Positions 60,671 to 64,000 of a DNA stretch of 64,000 bases are shown here, one piece after another. Every line of letters begins with the position of its first letter. Within the stretch, counting starts at the first letter, position 1. The notes beneath the pieces were generated by a model that did no database searches, was not told the DNA's origin, and saw only the letters and a program-made list of their open reading frames with translations. This DNA is from an uncultured bacterium. Lineage in GTDB: Bacteria; Edwardsbacteria; AC1; EtOH8. Both the position numbers and the translations under genes were made by a program. The stretch covers positions 128,001 to 192,000 of the forward strand of contig CAWAAX010000006.1 of assembly GCA_963780225.1 (NCBI GenBank), given 5' to 3'.

Positions 60671-60715
60671 ATTTGCCAGCTCAATAGCAAATAAAACCAT
60701 AAACATTTTATTTCA

Positions 60716-60913
60716 ATGTACAACAAAATAGACATATACCATTTTATTCTAAATACGGGCCAGGATTTTTACGGAAAGGTCCTGGCCCAGGACGGCCTTA
60801 AAATGGTCGTCTCCACAGTCAAGGACAGCAAACCGGCCCAGAGGGTGATCATTTACCACCAGGCCATGCTGATGGCCGAACCGGTTAAACTAAGTTTTGC
60901 CAAATCATATTAA
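60716..60913 (+). CDS. Small hypothetical protein (65 aa)
   Basis: ATG-start ORF with a beta-rich pattern (YHFILNTGQDFYGKV); no recognised family. Confidence 0.55.
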   Translation: MYNKIDIYHFILNTGQDFYGKVLAQDGLKMVVSTVKDSKPAQRVIIYHQAMLMAEPVKLSFAKSY

Positions 60914-60923
60914 TAGACAGCGT

Positions 60924-61112
60924 ATGCATTCTGACAACCAAGCCAATCCGGAAAATAATCTACCGGTCTGCGAGCTAAAGCACAGGGTTAAAATTTCAGA
61001 TGGAGGTTTTAAAGGGCCTTATAAATACAAGTGTTGTGACGCCCGTGATTGCTATTGGAAGAAACACGTAGACGGCGATATTTTCTGTCTGTTTGACCGG
61101 GATCAAAAATGA
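60924..61112 (+). CDS. Small Cys-rich hypothetical protein
   Basis: MHSDNQ...VCELKHR...KCCDARDCYWK...FCLF; the ORF track begins at TTG 60897. Confidence 0.5.
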   Translation: MHSDNQANPENNLPVCELKHRVKISDGGFKGPYKYKCCDARDCYWKKHVDGDIFCLFDRDQK

Positions 61113-61135
61113 AACTCAAGATTAGGGGGCAATAG

Positions 61136-61387
61136 ATGCATTTTTCGGAAGAGACTCTTAAAAAGGCCTGGGAACGGGCCGGCGGCAAGTGCGAGGGGGC
61201 GGTATTTTCCGGAGGCCGGAAGGAAGTTTGCGGCAAGCCGCTGTTTTGGGAAAAGAAAAACACCATGGTGGAGATCAGGCACCCGGACGGCTGGATAGCC
61301 CTGCCCCGGTTGGTCATCGGCGGCAAGGCCCCGGATCTTCCGGCCAATTGCGAGATACTGTGCCAGGAGTGCCACCGGCAGTATTAG
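61136..61387 (+). CDS. Small HNH-fold/zinc-binding protein, apparently lacking the catalytic His
   Basis: AWERAGGKCE...CGKPL...GW(IALP)...GG....NCEILCQECH; GGGG RBS. Confidence 0.7.
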   Translation: MHFSEETLKKAWERAGGKCEGAVFSGGRKEVCGKPLFWEKKNTMVEIRHPDGWIALPRLVIGGKAPDLPANCEILCQECHRQY

Positions 61388-61437
61388 CAAAACAGAGCCC
61401 TAGTAAAACCGGAATTCAATAAGGAATCCAGGAAAAT

Positions 61438-61599
61438 ATTTATCCGCCTACGCAGAACACCAACCCGATATATCGGGTTGGATGAATGCGATAGAAAAGA
61501 TGCTTCGGCGGATGTCGCCGACAACATAAAGCGGATAACACAGCCCACGGCGGGGTAATTTAGGTCTTGGTACCACGGGCTATGCCCGTGGGGCTCCAT
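61438..61599. mobile_element. Non-autonomous palindromic element (PATE-like), copy 2
   Basis: Homologous to 22031-22254; hairpins CCAACCCGATATATCGGGTTGG and CCACGGGCTATGCCCGTGG. Confidence 0.7.
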
Positions 61600-61707
61600 T
61601 GGATGTCTGGGTTCCTGGCGATAATGAAAAGGTATGGTTAAAACCGGTCGCCAGCGTTGGGGCAGAATGGGGCCGGTTGGAACTTTTATTTAAGGGGGCA
61701 GTGAATA

Positions 61708-61959
61708 ATGAATGACCAAAACCAGACCTATCTCTGCATCCGGGCGGTGGGGGCTGAGTATCTGCTGCAGCCCGCCGGCGAAGATATTTTAGGCTCCGTC
61801 AAGGATGGAGCCAGTAAAGTTTGGTACTTCATTACCACCCGGTCCCTGGACGAATTTGCTTTTTGGGGCAGTTTCCGGTCTTACCGGGACATGCAGGCGG
61901 CCTTTAGCGCCATGGCGCTGGTGGACCCTTTGATAGAAGGGCCGGTAGCAAAACATTAA
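61708..61959 (+). CDS. Hypothetical protein (83 aa)
   Basis: AAGGGGG RBS, ATG start, host-like codon usage. Confidence 0.55.
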   Translation: MNDQNQTYLCIRAVGAEYLLQPAGEDILGSVKDGASKVWYFITTRSLDEFAFWGSFRSYRDMQAAFSAMALVDPLIEGPVAKH

Positions 61960-62144
61960 CGGAGCGTAAATTAGATTACATCATCAATCATGATGACGAT
62001 GATCATCGGCTGGCAATAGCTATACTGATTGAGTTTCATATATGGCTGGTTCTGATGGATATCTGACGATAACAAGCCCTGGCTTTCGGATTTGACAAAT
62101 CTTCCGGAAGTTGCAGGGATTTTTTTGTTGGTTTTAATCCCCAT

Positions 62145-62191
62145 TTCATAACTGTAGGGGAAGGTTTAAAACCTTCCCCTACAGTTATGAA
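62145..62191. repeat. GTAG-type REP palindrome
   Basis: Perfect 23-bp arms TTCATAACTGTAGGGGAAGGTTT-A-AAACCTTCCCCTACAGTTATGAA. Confidence 0.85.
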
Positions 62192-62246
62192 CCCGCCCAA
62201 CGCAACCGAAAGGACTTTTACAGTGCCGGCCGAACAATCATTGAAC

Positions 62247-63749
62247 ATGGAACTGCTGGGGCAAAGCTTTTTAAATGACATGCCCCAGGGCCTGATGGTC
62301 TGCCATCCGGATGATTCCCGGGTGATCTATGTCAACCCGGCCTGGGAAGCGGTTACCGGTTACCAGCCGGCTGATATGCTGGGGGCCAAGCCGCCCTATC
62401 CCCACTGGGTCCCGGCGGAAAAAGAACGGATGGTCCAGCAGATGCTGCAGGCCCGGCAAAACGGCGGCCTGGTCTGCGAATGCCGTCTGCAGCGCAAGGA
62501 CGGCCGGATAATCCCGGTGCAAACCTCCCATGGCCAGGTCCGGGACGGGGACGGCAAGCTGATAGCCCTGTATCAGTCGGCCAGCGATAACTCCGACAAT
62601 AAAATGCTGGAGGCCAAATTGCTTCAGGCCCAAAAGATGGAGGCGGTGGGGCATCTGGCCGGGGGCCTGGCCCACGACATGAACAACATTTTGCAGGTGA
62701 TACTGACCTCGGGCGACATGATGCTGACCGAGGCCGGAGCCGGGCATCCCTGGCACCAGCGGATCATGGACATCATCCGGGTGGGTGAAAAGGCGGCGGT
62801 GCTGACCCGGCAGCTGCTGACCTTTGCCCGGAAAAGCAAGGTGGAGGTTAAATTGCTGGACCTGAATCCGCTGGTGACCGAGTTCCAGCGGATGATCTCC
62901 CGGCTGTTGGGCGAGCGGATAAAAGTGGAGATCACCCTGGGCCGCAACCTGCCCTTAGTGATGGCCGATCAGAGCCAGCTGGAGCAGGTGCTGATGAACC
63001 TGGCGGTAAACGCCCGGGACGCCATGGAGCAGGGCGGCTTGTTCACCATCGCCACCCAGGAGGAATTTCTGGACGAGAACTACGCCCGGACCCATCCCGA
63101 GGTGGAGCCGGGGCGCTATGCCCTGATCTCCGTTTCCGATACCGGGGCGGGGATGGACGCCGAGTCCCAAAAGCATTTGTTTGAGCCGTTCTTTACCACC
63201 AAGACCAAAGAACAGGGAACCGGCCTGGGATTGTCGGTGGTTTACGGCATCGTCAAACAGCATAAGGGGCATGTTTACGTCTACAGCGAAAAGGAGCGGG
63301 GCTCCACCTTCAAGATATATATTCCGGCGGCGGCCGACCAAAGCAAGGGCAAACACGTCCAGCAACAAACCCAGATCCGTTTCGGCCACGGAATGATCCT
63401 GTTGGTGGAGGACGAGGATGCGGTGCGGGCGATGGAGGTCCAGCTGCTGACCAGCCTGGGGTATCAGGTAACGGCGGCCCGCAACGGGGAGCAGGCCCTG
63501 GAGATGTTTAAAGAACGCCAGGGGAACATCGATCTGTTGATGAGCGACATGATCATGCCCGGGCTTTCGGGCTGGGAGCTTTATATGACCCTTAAAAAAC
63601 AAAAGCCGGAACTGAAGGCCCTGTTCGCCTCGGGCTATTCCGACGAGAACATCCGGCCGCTGATCAAAAGCCACGGGGTGGAGTTTTTGCAAAAACCGTT
63701 CAGTTTGTATAAGCTGAGCGTGAAACTGCAGGAGGTGCTTAAGCGCTGA
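62247..63749 (+). CDS. PAS - histidine kinase - receiver hybrid (CckA-like architecture); start uncertain (62187 or 62247)
   Basis: PAS (IYVNPAWEAVTGY), QKMEAVGHLAGGLAHDMNN, NLAVNARDAM, GTGLGL, receiver LLVEDE...SDMIMP...FLQKPF. Confidence 0.92.
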   Translation: MELLGQSFLNDMPQGLMVCHPDDSRVIYVNPAWEAVTGYQPADMLGAKPPYPHWVPAEKERMVQQMLQARQNGGLVCECRLQRKDGRIIPVQTSHGQVRDGDGKLIALYQSASDNSDNKMLEAKLLQAQKMEAVGHLAGGLAHDMNNILQVILTSGDMMLTEAGAGHPWHQRIMDIIRVGEKAAVLTRQLLTFARKSKVEVKLLDLNPLVTEFQRMISRLLGERIKVEITLGRNLPLVMADQSQLEQVLMNLAVNARDAMEQGGLFTIATQEEFLDENYARTHPEVEPGRYALISVSDTGAGMDAESQKHLFEPFFTTKTKEQGTGLGLSVVYGIVKQHKGHVYVYSEKERGSTFKIYIPAAADQSKGKHVQQQTQIRFGHGMILLVEDEDAVRAMEVQLLTSLGYQVTAARNGEQALEMFKERQGNIDLLMSDMIMPGLSGWELYMTLKKQKPELKALFASGYSDENIRPLIKSHGVEFLQKPFSLYKLSVKLQEVLKR

Positions 63750-63757
63750 CCGCCAGG

Positions 63758-63950
63758 CACTATCCACTATTCACTATCCAGTAGCCAGTAACCAGTAGCC
63801 AGTAGCCACTAACCACTAACCACTAATCAGTAACCAGTATCCAGTATCCACTATCCACTATCCAGTATCCAGTATACACTAACCAGTAGCCAGTAACACG
63901 AAGCTTATAGCTGACAGCTGATAGCTTATAGCTTACAGCTTACAGCTACC
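63758..63950. repeat. Two adjacent heptamer tandem arrays
   Basis: 20 units of CA(C/G)TA(A/G/T)(C/T/A) at 63758-63897, then about 7 units of AGCT(T/G)A(T/C) at 63902-63950. Confidence 0.9.
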
Positions 63951-64000
63951 CCAAACAGTAAACAGTACAGAGGTTCCGCTATGCTAACCGACATCACCAC

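Noticed and set aside
63758..63950. Repeat arrays as a CRISPR array
   Set aside because: 7-nt tandem units with no unique spacers, and no cas genes in the window.
63981..64000. Start of a further gene (MLTDIT...)
   Set aside because: Only 20 nt are visible, too little to call.
1..64000. tRNA, rRNA, riboswitch, integrase or prophage genes
   Set aside because: None recognised by eye; a covariance-model scan would be needed to exclude small RNAs.

Overview
A gene-dense window from a diderm bacterium. All credible genes are on the + strand. The MlaD, DUF3098 and outer-membrane-barrel proteins suggest an FCB-related candidate lineage, but this is only an inference. In order, the window holds: (1) the end of an outer-membrane barrel gene; (2) mlaE-mlaF-mlaD, tetR, tolC, MFP and RND; (3) a ~26 kb signalling cluster in which a CheC/CheD-type chemosensory pathway (cheW, Y, A, C, R, D, B, two more CheW-like genes, two MCPs) is interleaved with an MglA GTPase, three Roadblock/MglB proteins, TPR proteins, two DUF4388-MshEN-TPR proteins and a DnaA-like ATPase lacking its DNA-binding domain, followed by a PEGA Ser/Thr kinase and a GAF-sigma54 activator; (4) pdxJ, ddl, rpmF and the plsX-fab operon with two inserted genes, then rnc and an acyl-CoA dehydrogenase; (5) tetR, tolC and a MacAB-type ABC exporter; (6) a very large Ser/Thr kinase-P-loop-TPR-GAF-sigma54 activator broken by three +1 frameshifts, followed by three palindromic enhancer-like sites, a sigma54-type promoter and an unannotated 45-aa secreted proline-rich peptide gene; (7) small ORFs and a PAS hybrid histidine kinase. 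The intergenic DNA carries many short tandem repeats, REP-like palindromes and MITE/PATE-like elements. The two best candidates for an undescribed system are the TPR/sigma54 activator plus secreted-peptide module (55.5-60.7 kb) and the Che-Mgl-DnaA-like cluster (10-36 kb). All family calls come from motif recognition by eye; no searches were run.
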